From Vermamoeba vermiformis (lineage: Eukaryota): a stretch of 64,000 nucleotides of DNA. Location: contig JBEWZL010000084.1 in NCBI GenBank assembly GCA_045837725.1, positions 62,001 through 126,000 of the forward strand. Direction: 5' to 3'. The position numbers were made by a program, and so were the translations under genes. This document shows, piece after piece, positions 15,201-28,902 of the stretch. The first letter of the stretch is position 1. Each line of letters begins with the position of its first letter. The notes under the pieces are model-generated. The model was not told the DNA's origin. It saw only the letters and a list, made by a program, of their open reading frames with translations, and did no database searches.

Positions 15201-18200
15201 TTGAAGAGGTCGTGACCTACAAGAAACTTTCAAATGACTTAGACAAGCGCGAGCTTCTCAGAAAGCTGTGGCGAAAGAGATTGGAAGGTGTTGAACGAAA
15301 CGTCGAAGTCTGGCAAGCTATTCTTGCTGTACGCAGCTTGGTCGTGCCTCCGACATCTGATCCTGAGACTTGGATCAAGTTCGCTAACTTGGTGCGAAAG
15401 AGCGCGAGACCTAGAAAGGCAAGAAAGATTTTGACTCAGCTTTTGGTTGGCACTGGCAAGGACTTGAAGTCAACTGACCCCATTCCTGATACCTCACCAA
15501 TGTAAGTATCTACAACCTTATTTTCTATTGAGGACAAGAAACTAACGAGCTATTACTTAGGGTGAAATACTCGTACTTGAAGGTCCTGTACGCTAATCCT
15601 GATGAAACCATCAAGAAGTCTGCTTACGAAGAAATGGAGCGATGGGCAGCGCGTTTTGAAGGCTTCTTCAAACAATATCAAGAAGTGAAAGCGCGTCAGA
15701 TCAACGATAACTTCTTGCAGTTCAAGACCCAGTCGATGCCTGTCATTCCTCGTGGTGAATTAGAAAGTTCCGTTGATGGGTTTGGTGATGACCCCGACCT
15801 TGATAGCAGCGGTGAATTCGAAAGCAACAGCAGAGAGCCGGCTTCATCAAGGGCTCCTTTGTCGCGCCAAGCATCGTTCTCAACTGCTGCCTACGCGAGT
15901 ATGGACGGAGGATTTGAGATGGAAGACGGACCTGTGAGGCCCGAGACTCCTCGCAAAGACAATGAGCAAACAGATGTCACTGATATTCTCATGTATCAAG
16001 CACGCTCATTGAGCAAACTCGCACAGTGGCAGCTTGCGGCCAACGAGAACAATCTTGACGAGGTATGTACTGGAGATCTACCAACAAGAAAGTACTAATG
16101 TGATCAAATAGGCGTTGCTGAATAGCGTTCTCGTGCGTTGCAAGGGTGCAATTGATCGAGACTCAGAGTGGTACAAAGGCTGGCACATGTGGGCCTTTGT
16201 GCATTACCGCGCTGTCAGTTACTTGGAAAAGCAGAACAAGAACCATCCCAAGCTAGACCAGCACTTGTTACCTGCTGTGACTGGCTTCATTAGATCAGTG
16301 GCACTCGCTCCTTACGACAACTTACAAGACACATTGCGGTTGCTCACATTATGGTTCAAGTACGGTGCTCGAAAGGACATAGAGAAAGCAGTCAATGACG
16401 GCTTTGACACGTTGAATGTTGACACGTGGCTCGGAGTTATTCCGCAGTTGATGGCTCGTATTCACATTCCCGTGCGCAGCGTTAGACACGGAATTCATAA
16501 ACTGCTCACAGCTCTCGGCAAGAAACATCCTCAAGCCCTCGTGTTCCCCTTGATTGTTGCTGCTAAGGTAAGGTCCCATCTCCAAAAATACACCTTATCT
16601 AATGTTTCTCCTAGTCTCCGTATCCTAATAGAGTGGCCGCAGCCCAAAGTATCATTGCCACATTGCGTCCTCACAGTCCTCGATTGATCGATCAAACTCT
16701 ATTGGTTGCCAATGAGTTGATTCGTGTAGCCATTTTATGGAAAGAAAAGTGGGCCAAGGGCATTGAAGAGGCTTACAGATATTACTTTGGCAACAAGAAC
16801 CCGGACAGCATGATGCAAGTCTTGCAGCCTCTGCACGCCATGCTCGAACAACCTCCCGAGACTCAACACGAAAAAGCCTTGGTCAAGACATTCGGCAAAG
16901 ACTTGGAGCGTGCCTGGAACAATTGCAAAGAGTTCATGCGCACCGGCAAAGTTGCGTGCATTAACACTGCGTGGGACTTGTACGGACACGTGCTTCGAAC
17001 CATCAAGAAGCAGCTCTCAACAGACTTTGACAAGTTGCACTTGCAAACTGTGTCGCCAAAACTACTTGAAGTGCATGACTTGGACTTGGCCGTGCCTGGA
17101 ACGTACAAGGTCAACAAGCCTATTATTCGCATCAAGTCATTCAATCCGATCTTCAAAGTCATTCCTTCAAAACAACAGCCGAGGAAACTTGTTATTGACG
17201 GCAGCAACGGCCAAATTTATCCGTACTTGCTGAAAGGTAGGTGGACTTTTGTGTTAACATTTGGAGCCTAACCCTTTGATATTTAGCCCACGAGGACTTG
17301 CGTCAAGACGAACGTGTGATGCAATTGTTCGGTCTCGTCAACACATTCTTGGCCCTGGATGATTTGACAGCCAAAAATCACTTAGACATTCGACAGTACT
17401 CAGTTATTCCGCTGTCTCACGACACAGGTTTGATTGAATGGGTGCCGCACAGCGACACCTTGCATGAGCTCTTGAAGGACTACAGAAAGACGCACAACTT
17501 GCCCATTGAAGCTGAGCACACGTACATGCAACGCTTCTGCACGACACCCGAGTACTACAAGTTGACTGTCTTCCAGAAACTTGAAGTCTTGCAGTACGCA
17601 TTGGAACGCACTCCGGGCAATGATCTCGAGCGTATTGTGTGGTTAGGCAGCCATAACTCTGAGGTACGACACTTGATACGTCCATTTATGTAAACTGCAA
17701 TACTCAAAAGATTTGTAGGAATGGTTGGACAAGCGCACGACGTACACACGATCATTGGCAGTCATGTCCATGGTCGGCTACATTCTCGGTCTCGGCGACA
17801 GACATCCGAACAACTTGATGATCAACAGAAACACGGGCAAAGTTGTGCACATTGACTTTGGCGATTGTTTTGAAGTCGCTATGCATCGCGACAAATTCGC
17901 CGAGAAAGTTCCGTTCAGACTCACGCGAATGTTAGTGAATGCTATGGAGGTCAGTGGAATCGAAGGAAATTTCAGAACCACGTGCGAGGCTGTGATGAAA
18001 GTCATGCGCGAGAACAAAGAGAGCATGATGGCCGTGTTGGAAGCATTCGTATATGACCCTCTGATTAACTGGCGTTTGATCACTAACCCCAGCTCTGGTC
18101 CATCAGGTACACGTGATATTTTAAATTATACGCAAATTAGCTCTAACAGACCTTGTAGAAATGGACGATAAAGATGACATGTCACCAATGTCCGATGAAG

Positions 18201-18533
18201 ATGATTCAGATATCTCGCCTGTAGCTCGACCAATCAACAGCTTGTCGCAGTCTTATGATCACGTGCAGCACTCTGAGACACCTGACATGCGCGATCAGCT
18301 CAATCAACGTGCACTGAACGTAATTGAACGAGTGTCGAATAAGCTTTCTGGACGTGAGTACTATTAATAATAGCCATAATAACAACCTGCATGGTGGTAA
18401 TGTTCTTCTGTTAGGTGACTTCCCGCGCAAAGGCACCTTGGATGTAGCTGAACAAGTGGATCTGCTCATCAAGCAAGCCACATCAACCGAGAATTTGTGT
18501 CAAGCATATCTCGGCTGGTGTCCTTACTGGTAG
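9230..18533 (+). CDS. TOR: Target of rapamycin kinase (HEAT-FAT-FRB-kinase-FATC)
   Basis: [34 protein letters not shown] domain, [31 protein letters not shown], and FATC end [13 protein letters not shown]. Start codon is tentative. Confidence 0.98.
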
Positions 18534-19052
18534 ATTGTAAGAACAATGTAAATATACTCCTTGATTAACAACAACCCAATTGCTTGTTGCTCAACTTTGC
18601 GCTTGTTCTCTTTCAAAACCGTCTCATAGTACAGGCTCTTTTCGGTAAGTCATCCAACTTAATCAACAATGTCTGACAGCACAGTAGAAGGTTTTCGTTA
18701 TGAGTACAAGAGTATGGAGCTCCTGCAGCACACAGTACGTAGCACAAAGTAATAGGTTATTGCTTGGACAGATGTATGAGGATTCACATGCCCGTATTTT
18801 GAAGCACAAACTGACAGGTAGATTCCACCAATAACTATAATGAATAGATATGCTTGGCTCTGATAGTTGATACGTTGTTTATAGGCTAAGCAAAGCGAAT
18901 TATAATACAACCGATCTTCATCGTCGTGAATCACAAAAACATTTGGTTTGACATGATGCAAGATTAGTAATGTTTTTAGCAACATTTATTTATTTAGATA
19001 CAACTATAGGCGTTTTTGAAGGTTCTTCCAGAAACGGAAACGGATCCTGAAA

Positions 19053-22000
19053 ATGGATGCGACTCGCGCACTTACAACTTTGCTCTTCGTAAGCAAGATT
19101 GCGTGTCTGTTCGCGGCTGGGCCTTCAGTAATATCCTCCTCATACACAAAAAAGGGGTTGGATCTGTTCGACGTCAGCTCAGATGTAGCGGTGATGACTT
19201 TCGACTTCGATCAAGACATCTACTACGAACTAACATGCCCACAACGAGCACAAGACCCTGTAGTGGAGCCTACAATTATTCTTCCCTGCTGCAATGTGAC
19301 ACTTACTTCTAACTGCACAAGTCCACTTTCATCCGCGGTATGCTTGGATGCCACTAAGGATCTCGATCTCGAATGGTCTTCCTGAACAAACATCTAATTT
19401 ATTGCGCTACATATTTAAAGTGGCGAATCCATCGACGTGCCATTCTGTAATGGTGGGCACTAAAATGACTTACGGTATGCCCGACGTAAACGCCTAAACG
19501 TTAACTAAATATTATTTTAGGTTACATATCATCCAAGCTGTTTATAGGTTACAATAACTTTAAAGCGAACTCCAATGAAGATTTTACATCCGCATACTTC
19601 GCGTCAACAGGATTATTTGTGTGTTGTTCGGCCATTCGTGCTCGAAAGAGTGATTGGGATGGAACTTTGTATGTAACATTGGAAGTGGTTGTCAGCTCTA
19701 AATGGAAGATTCAAATGTTAGGTAACTTCCGGTGGATTTGTTTTTGGATGTGATCTGATTCATTTAAATTGTAGGTTCTCCACTCGTTAGTGCTACGGAT
19801 TATTTTCACACAAGTAAGTGTCAGTTACGAAACGTACGAACTGACGGTCCTTATTAAGATAGAATTGAAGTGCACTGCGCGAATGGATACAACTTTACTC
19901 GCTGCATATCTTTAATGACGGGCGAATGTTATCCACTTCCTCCTACAGCAGACGATCCTGCTAGTAATTTTTTAGTAATGGGCTCGTAAGTGTTAATTTA
20001 CATTTTTGTTTTCTGACTTTTGTGATCCAGCGGACGTGTACCGGAGACCGATATCGTGTCAAAAAGATTGGCAATATCATTAGTATTTAGATCGACAAGC
20101 TTTTCCAGCGGAAGCGTATGTTTTTATTCGAGTAATCTTGTCTAACTCAATGCTAGAGCGCCACAACGGCGTTTATGGCAGACCCAGCAATCAATGTACC
20201 TTTACATTTCCAAACTTAGTGAATAGTGCAGGCGAGGTATTGAAAAGTTGGGCAATCGTCCCTTTCGTACTAACGACTAATTAGGCTGCCGTTGGCACAC
20301 CACTTCCAGAAGAACGACAAGTGAATTGCTCTCAGTCTGAGTTCTCATCTATCGTACAAGGTAAGTTGCAAAGAATCTCGTTAGTGTCTAAGCTTTGATC
20401 AGAGTTCATGACCGACGTTGACCAATTCTCAAATGACTACATCAATGCTACCATGCCTGAACAAGCCATCGAGAAATTATCTACGTAAGACAGTCCATTT
20501 CATTGAGGCTATATTAATGCTTGTTAAGGCTTTGTCATTGACTTGGCGCGAGGGCTGGACATCGTGTGTCTCGTTCATTCAAGATGAACTTCTTCAAACT
20601 GAGGTGGATTCAGAAACATTCACAAATTCGGTTTATTGTCCTTTCTTCGATCCCACTGACCCTCGCTATTTGAATGATCCGTGCTGCAATTCACGGCAGC
20701 AAGAGTATCAGTGCTGCAGAGCTCGAAACGTCACTGTTGACAAGTATCAAAACACAGCCGTGAACGCTGATGCCATTGCACGTCAATGTCGCAGCCCTCA
20801 ATGCATTACAGAGACGATCAATGACTATCTAGCCTTGCAACAATCAGCGACTAACCGTCTTTTCGGATGTACTGCACGGAGCTCGAATGTAAGTCAGCAA
20901 GTTATTACGGCATTCTTTTAACGCAAGATAGGCTTTGGTTTCAAAAGGAACCATTCGTGATGCCTTGCTGAGTTGCAGTGGGTCTCTTGTTGAGCGATTT
21001 TGTCTGACAGAGTAAGTGGTTGCGTTGCTCAATTGAGATAGTATTTGGTTACTAACGATTAAACAAGTTCCGAATGTCAAGACTTGACAGATCGCGACGA
21101 TTCCACGTGTTCTTCGTCAGGATATTGTGAAATTCCGTGCTCTAGCAATAGCGACTGTTTGTCAAATTATTGTAACGGCACCACAAACACGTGTCAGATG
21201 CTCAACTTGTTCGACACGCAAAACTTTCCCTACGATAGAATAGGACCTCAATATGTTCAGGTATGCTAATTTATGACGACCTATCCGATAGAATCCCTAT
21301 TAATTATTGTAGTGCCTGGCCAATTCTGTGGACGGAATTTTATTTTCGTACTTTAAACGCGGGTTTGGTGTGTCGCGTAAGTCATTATTATTAGCTTTCT
21401 AGGTGTCAAGGCTAACTTTGTAAAGCTTATGGCACTTTTGAAGACGTGTCAAATGCCATGCTGGAAGCTGTTGGCGTTGATCAATGTGTCGGTTTTGGAG
21501 GATCTCTGTTCTCGGAGCTAGGCATTGCTTCGAATTTTTCCACACAAGAGCAATGCGAGTCATCTAAGAGCTGCAATTGGGTGCCGTGTGATAGCCTTAC
21601 AAATCCTCGCTGCAATGCCACAGCGTGTGCAGACCCCAACCTTTCTGATAGCTTCTGCGGTTTTTGCATCTACGACCAGTGTTTTGAAGTTTCGACCTTT
21701 CCAGTCTGCAAATACCAAACGCTTCCAACGGAGCAGAATTGCACGGACTACGGTGGCAGCTACAATCCTCTCTTGAGTGGCTTGAAGTGTATCAGACCAA
21801 GCACTTCTGATGGATGTTTCCCGGCTGCCAATTGCCCGTCTAGCACAACACCTTGTGCTGCCTACTGTTATGTCCCGTCTCTATCTACAACTGCGCAAGA
21901 CTGCGAAGGCACGACTGTAGGTGGTCAGACAACAGTGTTTAAATGGTGGGCTAGAAATGGACAAACCTACAATTCGTGCCAAATTCCTTCAATTACGTCG

Positions 22001-25000
22001 CTAAACACGTGTATCAATCTTCAACCAGGTCAGACTGCTTGGTGGTAAGTGCCTAATGGTAGATGTTGCAATGCATTGACAGTTGTAGGCCCGGCACAAT
22101 GACCTCTTCAGAGCTGTTCAGTACAGAAGATTCGTGCAAATCTTTCGGAACGTGCAACCTGGACTTGAACAATCTTTCAGCATCGTCTTTGTCCAGCGTG
22201 GTCAATTCGATTACCTATGCAGGAGGGTGTGGCGGCTATTGTACAACTTGTCCTACTTGCAAAACACAGGAGAGTTGTGAGGCCAGTGGTATGTTTGATT
22301 GACACGAGATGACCGCTTTAAACGTGTTGTATACAACAGGTTATTGCTCAGATAAAGTAGGTTGTTACGCACCATACCGCGAAGATCGATCGATATCAGT
22401 GCCGTGTCCCCCGAACACGGAGTGGACTCCAAAAGGCTGCCTAATAGATCCCGTAGATGTCAACTCCGCTACTGATTGCTTGAGCCCTAAGTATGTACAC
22501 ATCATTCAAGTCTCAGGAAAATTGTTCTAACTTTATTTTCAGCGTCTGGCACGATTTCTCGCCGAATCAAACTGCGTGCCACGAGCTCGTGATGTGCCGT
22601 GAAAACTCAACAATCAGTGCCTTTTGTAAGATATTTCATACTCTGTTGTTATTATGCCACTTGTTAATACGTACAATTAGCTTTGACTGCACGAGATCCG
22701 GCAGTTAGATTAAGATCGTGGTCTTTCAAAGACGATGAAGAATGCACCAAATGCGGTGGAGAACGCCGTTCATACTTCACTTGGACACCAAATGTAAGTG
22801 AAATTACACAGCAAAACCACGCAACTCGTCTTATTATTGATGCTTAGGGTGAATGGGTGTCGCCAAAGTTCCGACCTTTTGAATGGCGCAAGCGTGAGAT
22901 GGTTACCCTGAACAAGTGGATTAAGCTGTTTGATTCGTCACAGCTAACTACGCAGATTACTAGCGTGGTTGCGAGAAGATACGTCGATGTACTTTCATCC
23001 GAATTGCTTTGCAGGCAAGTGTCACGCGAGTGTCAAAGTGTCACGTGTCTTACCAACGATCGCAGATTCGGTCAAACGCAGTCAGCGGCAGGGCAGATCG
23101 TTTGTTACTGCACTGGTGAAGACAGCTCAAATTGCAGTCCGTTCTCTAATGTCAGAGACGCTCCCATCGGAATCGTGCCGGTGTGCAGTCAAGTAGACGA
23201 GGTCACTTCATTTGATGACAGACAGATTTCAATTACGCCTCAAGTAAGTGATGATATAACTACCAATAGCCGTTCTGACCCTTATTCAGAATGTGCAAGT
23301 TGACGGCAGTGTCTGCGCTCCTGTCCGCGTTGGGGTTGTGCCAATCAGTCAGTTCAACTCGCGGCAAACGATCACGCTGTCAAGTGTTTCGTTGTCATCT
23401 TCACGTGATTTGGACAGTGGTCAAGAACGATTTTACTCTAATGAGAACAACATTGTCGTTGGTGAAGTGCTGGGTGATGGACTCAGCACGAATTATTCTG
23501 GGTATTCAGTTCATGGCATGCGCGCGTGTGTGCCTTTACCGGATGTAAGCTTACATCGTTTAAGTTAGTTTAAGCTATCAATTAACTTGGAGTTCAGGTA
23601 TCAACGGCTCGAATCGACGGCATCACCAAATTCACTATATTTTCTATTCCTCTTGGCACTAGGGACCTCAATATCACCGTGTCAGACATCTTTGACGCAT
23701 CACAAGAGTACGTAATACAATACTTAATTCCTACTAACAAGTGCATTAGCGTGCACTGTTTCGAATTAGAGACAATTGGACGTGCCTATTTCACTCTTGC
23801 CCTGGTTGATGACTGGCAGTCTGCGGAGTTTATTTCAACACTCACATCGGGAGAGCAAGCACTAGTCGCCATTGGCATCGTGCTCTACTTGATTGCATTA
23901 ATCGCTTCGGTCTATCACTTCGCCATATCACTCGTGACACGTGATCCTAAAAAGCCTCTCTTGACTCAATCCCGCATTGCCTTGGGTCTTCTAATAATTT
24001 TTTTGATAAGTAAGATTCATCTAATGTGTTATTAGCGCTAATTATGTTGATTTCAGTCCGTGTTCTGTACCTCGTTTTGTTCATCAGCGGGACTTTTAAG
24101 AAAGCGCAATCTGCTGATGTGATCTTCTCTGAACTTCCAGCCTTAGTGTTTTTGAATATTTACTGCATTATTGTGCTTCGATGGTAAGTGGCTTCAAGTC
24201 ACGTGTCCATCCTACGCGTTCTTGGTTTGACATCTTTTGACAGGGCTGCGCTGTATCACTTTGGTCTTCGAGATGCCAAAGAGTCTTTTAGAAAGCTGAA
24301 GCCTGTTTTATTTGTGTTTGACGGCATACTTGGCGCAGCATTCATTACATTGCTCATCGTGTACTTCTCTTTAAGCGATCAGCTCACCATCACTTGCGAG
24401 TCAGATATCGAGGCCAATTCAGTCGTCACCACGCCAAAGCAGATCGTTGCGATTGTTTACAAAGCATTCTTCGCGGTGGTCTGCATCATGTTGTCGATTG
24501 CATTTTTGGTCTACGGAAGTCGCATTATTCGGTCATCAACGTCATTCACTGTACTCTCACTTGACCGCGCAGAACGGCGTGCAATCAAAAAACGAAAAAA
24601 CGATATTGTTGCGGTACGTACTTTGAATTGCACGTGGCCATATTAATTTTTCGCAGAAAATCGTTATCACAGTTGTGTGCACGTTATGTTTGCTCGGTCA
24701 AGCAGCAAACTTGCTTAGAGCTTCAGCAACCAACGAACCAGGCATTTATATTCTGATCTTTGTGTATCCCATCGAACTTCTGCCGAGCATAATGTTCATT
24801 ATTATTCTGAAGTACCCTTCTTCTATCGAGCTGCAGGCTTGGGTGGTAAAAAAAGCGTTGAGGCCAAGCGTTCAACGCGTAACCCAGCATATGGCACAAA
24901 CTACGCTAGAATGGCGTTCCAGGACGTTTCTTCAGAGGAGACTGAAGCCGCTGTGCCTATGTCAGACACCTTCCACGATGAAACTAATATTGCATTTGCT

Positions 25001-26065
25001 GAAGTAAAAGTAGCCCAAGAGATCGGGGCAGGAAACTACGGCAAAGTCAATCTCGGAAGTAAGAGTTAAGGAATCAGTCATTTAATTCGAGTTACTAATA
25101 ATAATAATAACCATCAAGCGTGGAATGGGACTCAAGTCGCTTTGAAACGAAGCAAAGCTTTTGAAAGAACTGAATTCGTTCGAGAGGCCAAACTAGTCAT
25201 GTAAGTGTCAAAGTGTCACTCACCTAACGTGCGATGATTAATAATTATTGTATTCAGGAACTTGCCTCCTCATGAAAACGTCGTGCAAACATTTGGATTG
25301 ACCAATGACAGCTTCAATCTCATGCTCGTGATGGAATACTGCAACGGCGGCTCCCTCGATGTCAAGCTGTTTGATTTGCCCGAGCCAGTGAGTGACAAAG
25401 AAAAGCTGGCCATTCTCATTGGCATTGCACAAGGCATGCAACACTTGCATCGTAACAAGATCATTCATCGCGATCTCGCCGCGCGAAACATTCTGCTGAA
25501 CAGTGGCGTTCCTAAAGTGTCTGTAAGTAATGTACCAGAGGAGCTCTTATTGAGTCTATCATGATCTAATATGACTTTATAGGACTTTGGATTGTCTCGC
25601 AAAGTTGATGACGTGTTGAGAAATAGTACCACCCGCAATAATGTTGGGCCAATTCGATGGATGGTAAATTACCGAGGCCAAACGTCAAATTAAACAGTAT
25701 TTAACATATTATTTGCATAGGCGCCTGAAGCCTTAAGAGACGGCACTTACAGCGCCAAGACCGATGTTTGGTCCTTCGGCATCGTTATGTTTGAAGTAAT
25801 TGCACAATCAGAGCCGCACGTGGAAGAAGATCCCTTGTTCATTGGCATTAAAATTCGTGATGGAGCGTTTTTTCCGCGACTTCCACAGACAAGCGATGGC
25901 GTGCTTAAGAACTTGATGGAGCAATGCTGTCTAAAAGAACCGAACGACAGACCTGTAAGTTGTGGCTCTAACAATTGCTCGTAGCACTAACTGCTATTAT
26001 AGGACTTCAATAATATCTGTAATGTGCTTGTAAATCGATGGCGAGAGTTGTATGGGAATTATTAA
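19053..26065 (+). CDS. Large Cys-rich ectodomain + 7TM (THH1/TOM1/GPR137-like) + tyrosine-kinase-like domain receptor
   Basis: Signal-peptide-like N-terminus; Cys-rich exons at about 20.3-23.3 kb; several TM helices at 23.86-24.81 kb (RVLYLVLF, FSELPALVFL); kinase with IGAGNYG, VALK, HRDLAARN, DFG and GPIRWMAPE. There is a frame break near 24850. Confidence 0.8.
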
Positions 26066-26362
26066 ATTTCATGTATCAAATCCAAGAAGTTTTTAGGGAG
26101 TCTCAATTTAAGTTCATTTTTATTAATAACGCGTCTTGTCTTTGTACATCTTACATTTTAAACATATCTGCGGATTAATTAACCACATGCTTCACAAAAT
26201 GACGTCTGTTGCGTTTTTTAGCAATGACCAACAACACAGCAACCACTTATGCGCGTTGCTAACCATGTACAACTTCTTTATTATATCCATAATATATTGA
26301 AGTAATGCTAAAAAAAGAAAGCTGGATGATCTTTACTTATGCTCGTGTACAATGGTAGCGTC

Positions 26363-28314
26363 TCATAACGAAAGGCTGAATTTGTCATCATCGCTCCACT
26401 CGGCAGCTTCTTTCTCTTTTTCTTTGAGCTCATCCGCGTACTGCTGCATCGACCTCTTGAAGCCCATCAAAGTTGAAGTATGATAGTTAGAACGGCTCTT
26501 TTCGGGAGATGGTGCCGTGCCTACGAGTAACTCTTGTAACGACGTCTGCAATGTAATTAAACGAGTGATGTTATCGTGGATACTTTTTTCTGCAACGCCT
26601 GTTATTTGGAACTTCTCTAACGCTAACTTGGGCACATTAGCCACGTGATCGATGAAATGAGCTGCTGTCGCAGGTTGTGAGTGACAGTTAACACGGTAAG
26701 TCAGTGATCGTAATCGCGTCAGTTGTGACAAGGACGGGTATCCACAGATCTTCAGTTCGAGCACTTCGAGATTGGTCAGCGAGTCAATGCCACTGATTTT
26801 GTGGCACGGCAAGTGTTGCAGTCCGTGCAGGTGAGCGGAACAACTCGGACACTCGATAACTAGAGCCGTCAAATGTCGTAATGATGAGATATTCGGTGCT
26901 GATTGGGGTACCATCCATCCATATAGGGTCAAACTTTCCAAATTTGGCAAGGCGTTGCACAACTTATCAATAGGAAAGTATGCCGTAATGAATGATTTTA
27001 TGAGCAGTGCCTTCAGTTGAGTCAAGCTCCACAGCGATGATAAGTTGCTGGCTGGAGAAGGATTGATTAAATCAAGCTTTGTGAGGTGAATCAAAGGTGC
27101 TAACTTCGCGATCTGCTCGTTCGTCGAGATTTCTGGGTGCAATATGCATTCAAGATCTAGCAATTGAGTCATTTGATCAATTGACAGTGCTTTCAATGGG
27201 AATTTGATATTAGGCTTCAATTGCGTTAAATTTGCACATCGAGTGATCTCCAAAACTACATCACTTATCGTATTCTGAACTATCAAGCCTTCTAAATAAG
27301 GAAATAAAGATAGATCCAACCCTATAATAAAGGGGCATTCATAAAGATTCAACCGCCGCAAATTAGTCGACAAGGGAGGTAGTCCGCAGCGTGAATTTTT
27401 CAGCGTGAAGTCTTTGAGTCCAGTTAGCAATGATAAGCTCTCCAATGCACGGGAAGTTAGTGCATTTGTATCTAATGTCAATCTGGTCAAATGTCTTTGC
27501 GAAAATTGAACGCAAAAGTAAGAAAATATTTCGTCGGCGTAATATCCCGTGTCTTTCGTTGCCCAAGTCAAGTCCTCTAATGACTTCAAATGTTGTATCA
27601 TCTGCTTGAAATCTTCAAAGTTGCTAACTTGTGTATGCAGCGACGTCAGTCGATTTAACTGAAACTGACTCAACGCCATTAGCGCCACTATTGCATTTGA
27701 AAAAATATCAGAATTTGCACCAAAACGATATTTAACATTTCTTAAATGAGTAAAACTGCTACTTACGGTGAAATTGATAATAAGAACTACCATACAGTTG
27801 CGTCAGCGAAGAGATATTCCTGCACTTTGATAACACCCACGAAATGTCTCGTGCGTCATTGAGTTCATTGGGTTTAAAATGCAACACTTTTAAGCCGTTC
27901 ATTGTTTCTTGGTACCACATGCTTGATACGGCTCGCAAACTATGACGCACAAGAGAAGTGTCAGCCACTTTTCGTTATAATATAAATATTTATATTCTAT
28001 CTTAAGATAGAATTGCTATTAATTAAATCGAGCTTGAAAGATATGACGTAGAATTATTAATAATTAAAATAAAATAATAATAATAAATTATGAACTTGGT
28101 TTGTCCTTATTGCGACATTTAACTTGACTTACCGAACAGCGTCTTGCCAATTTAAATATGAGAAAATATTTTCTCGTAACTCTGCGGGTAAAACCAGAAG
28201 CGGATTCGAATCTAGCGAGCTGTCTTCGTCCTGCTTCTGTCTTTTTTGTTCTCTCTCATCTTGATCATTTTGAGCGATGTCATAGCTTCGCTTGCGTGGT
28301 GCTTCAACCGACAT
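26363..28314 (-). CDS. F-box/LRR protein
   Basis: F-box LLVLPAELRENIFSYLNWQDAVRSLRAVSSMW followed by many LxxLxxLxL repeats. Confidence 0.85.
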
Positions 28315-28490
28315 TGGATTACAACAACAAAACGCAAGGATTTTTCAAATCAAAGCGCAAACGTTTTTCAGAAAGAACTAAATTGAAAACTAGAAGTACA
28401 TTTTAAAAAAGAGATAGCATCACAATACAACTACAAGCGTGTAGTCCCGATGCAGTGGGTTTGTTTTGAAGTGCGGGTCAGATCTCACAC

Positions 28491-28870
28491 TTAGCGCAAC
28501 AACAGACCGAAAAGAGCAACAGCAGCAGCGTACACTTGAGCAACGGGAGAAGAAGAGGCAATGGGAGTCTTAGGTTCGTTAGGAAGAGTAGTAGCGGCGC
28601 AGATGGCAAAGTTTTGGATCTCGTGGCTGGAAGCTTGTTCACCGATCAAAGCTCGCTTCTTAGCAGGGAGATTGATCTTGGATTCAATCTAAATGTAGAA
28701 GATGCCGAACTTGAGCATAGCCAAAGGAGAAGCGCTGAAAGAAACGCCAGAGTTGACCGATGACAAATTGTTAATAGCGTCGTAGACAGCGGTGGCGAAA
28801 TGATCTTCGAGGACACCAGTAGTGATATGACCGTTGAGCACGAGGCGAGAAAGAGGACGTGTTGAAGCGT
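28491..28870 (-). pseudogene. 5'-truncated fragment of a GPI-anchored or surface protein gene with an internal stop
   Basis: Codon-biased frame STRPLSRLVLNGH...GIFYI*IESKINLPAKKRA...PIASSSPVAQVYAAAVALFGLLLR*; internal TAG at 28689-28691; no start codon found. Confidence 0.55.
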
Positions 28871-28902
28871 TATCTTACACATCTACAACGTTTATGAAAT
28901 GC

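Noticed and set aside
18560-18985. Minus-strand ORF 18698-18985 and adjacent coding-like text
   Set aside because: No recognisable motif and other frames are interrupted; it may be a decayed fragment but I cannot support that.
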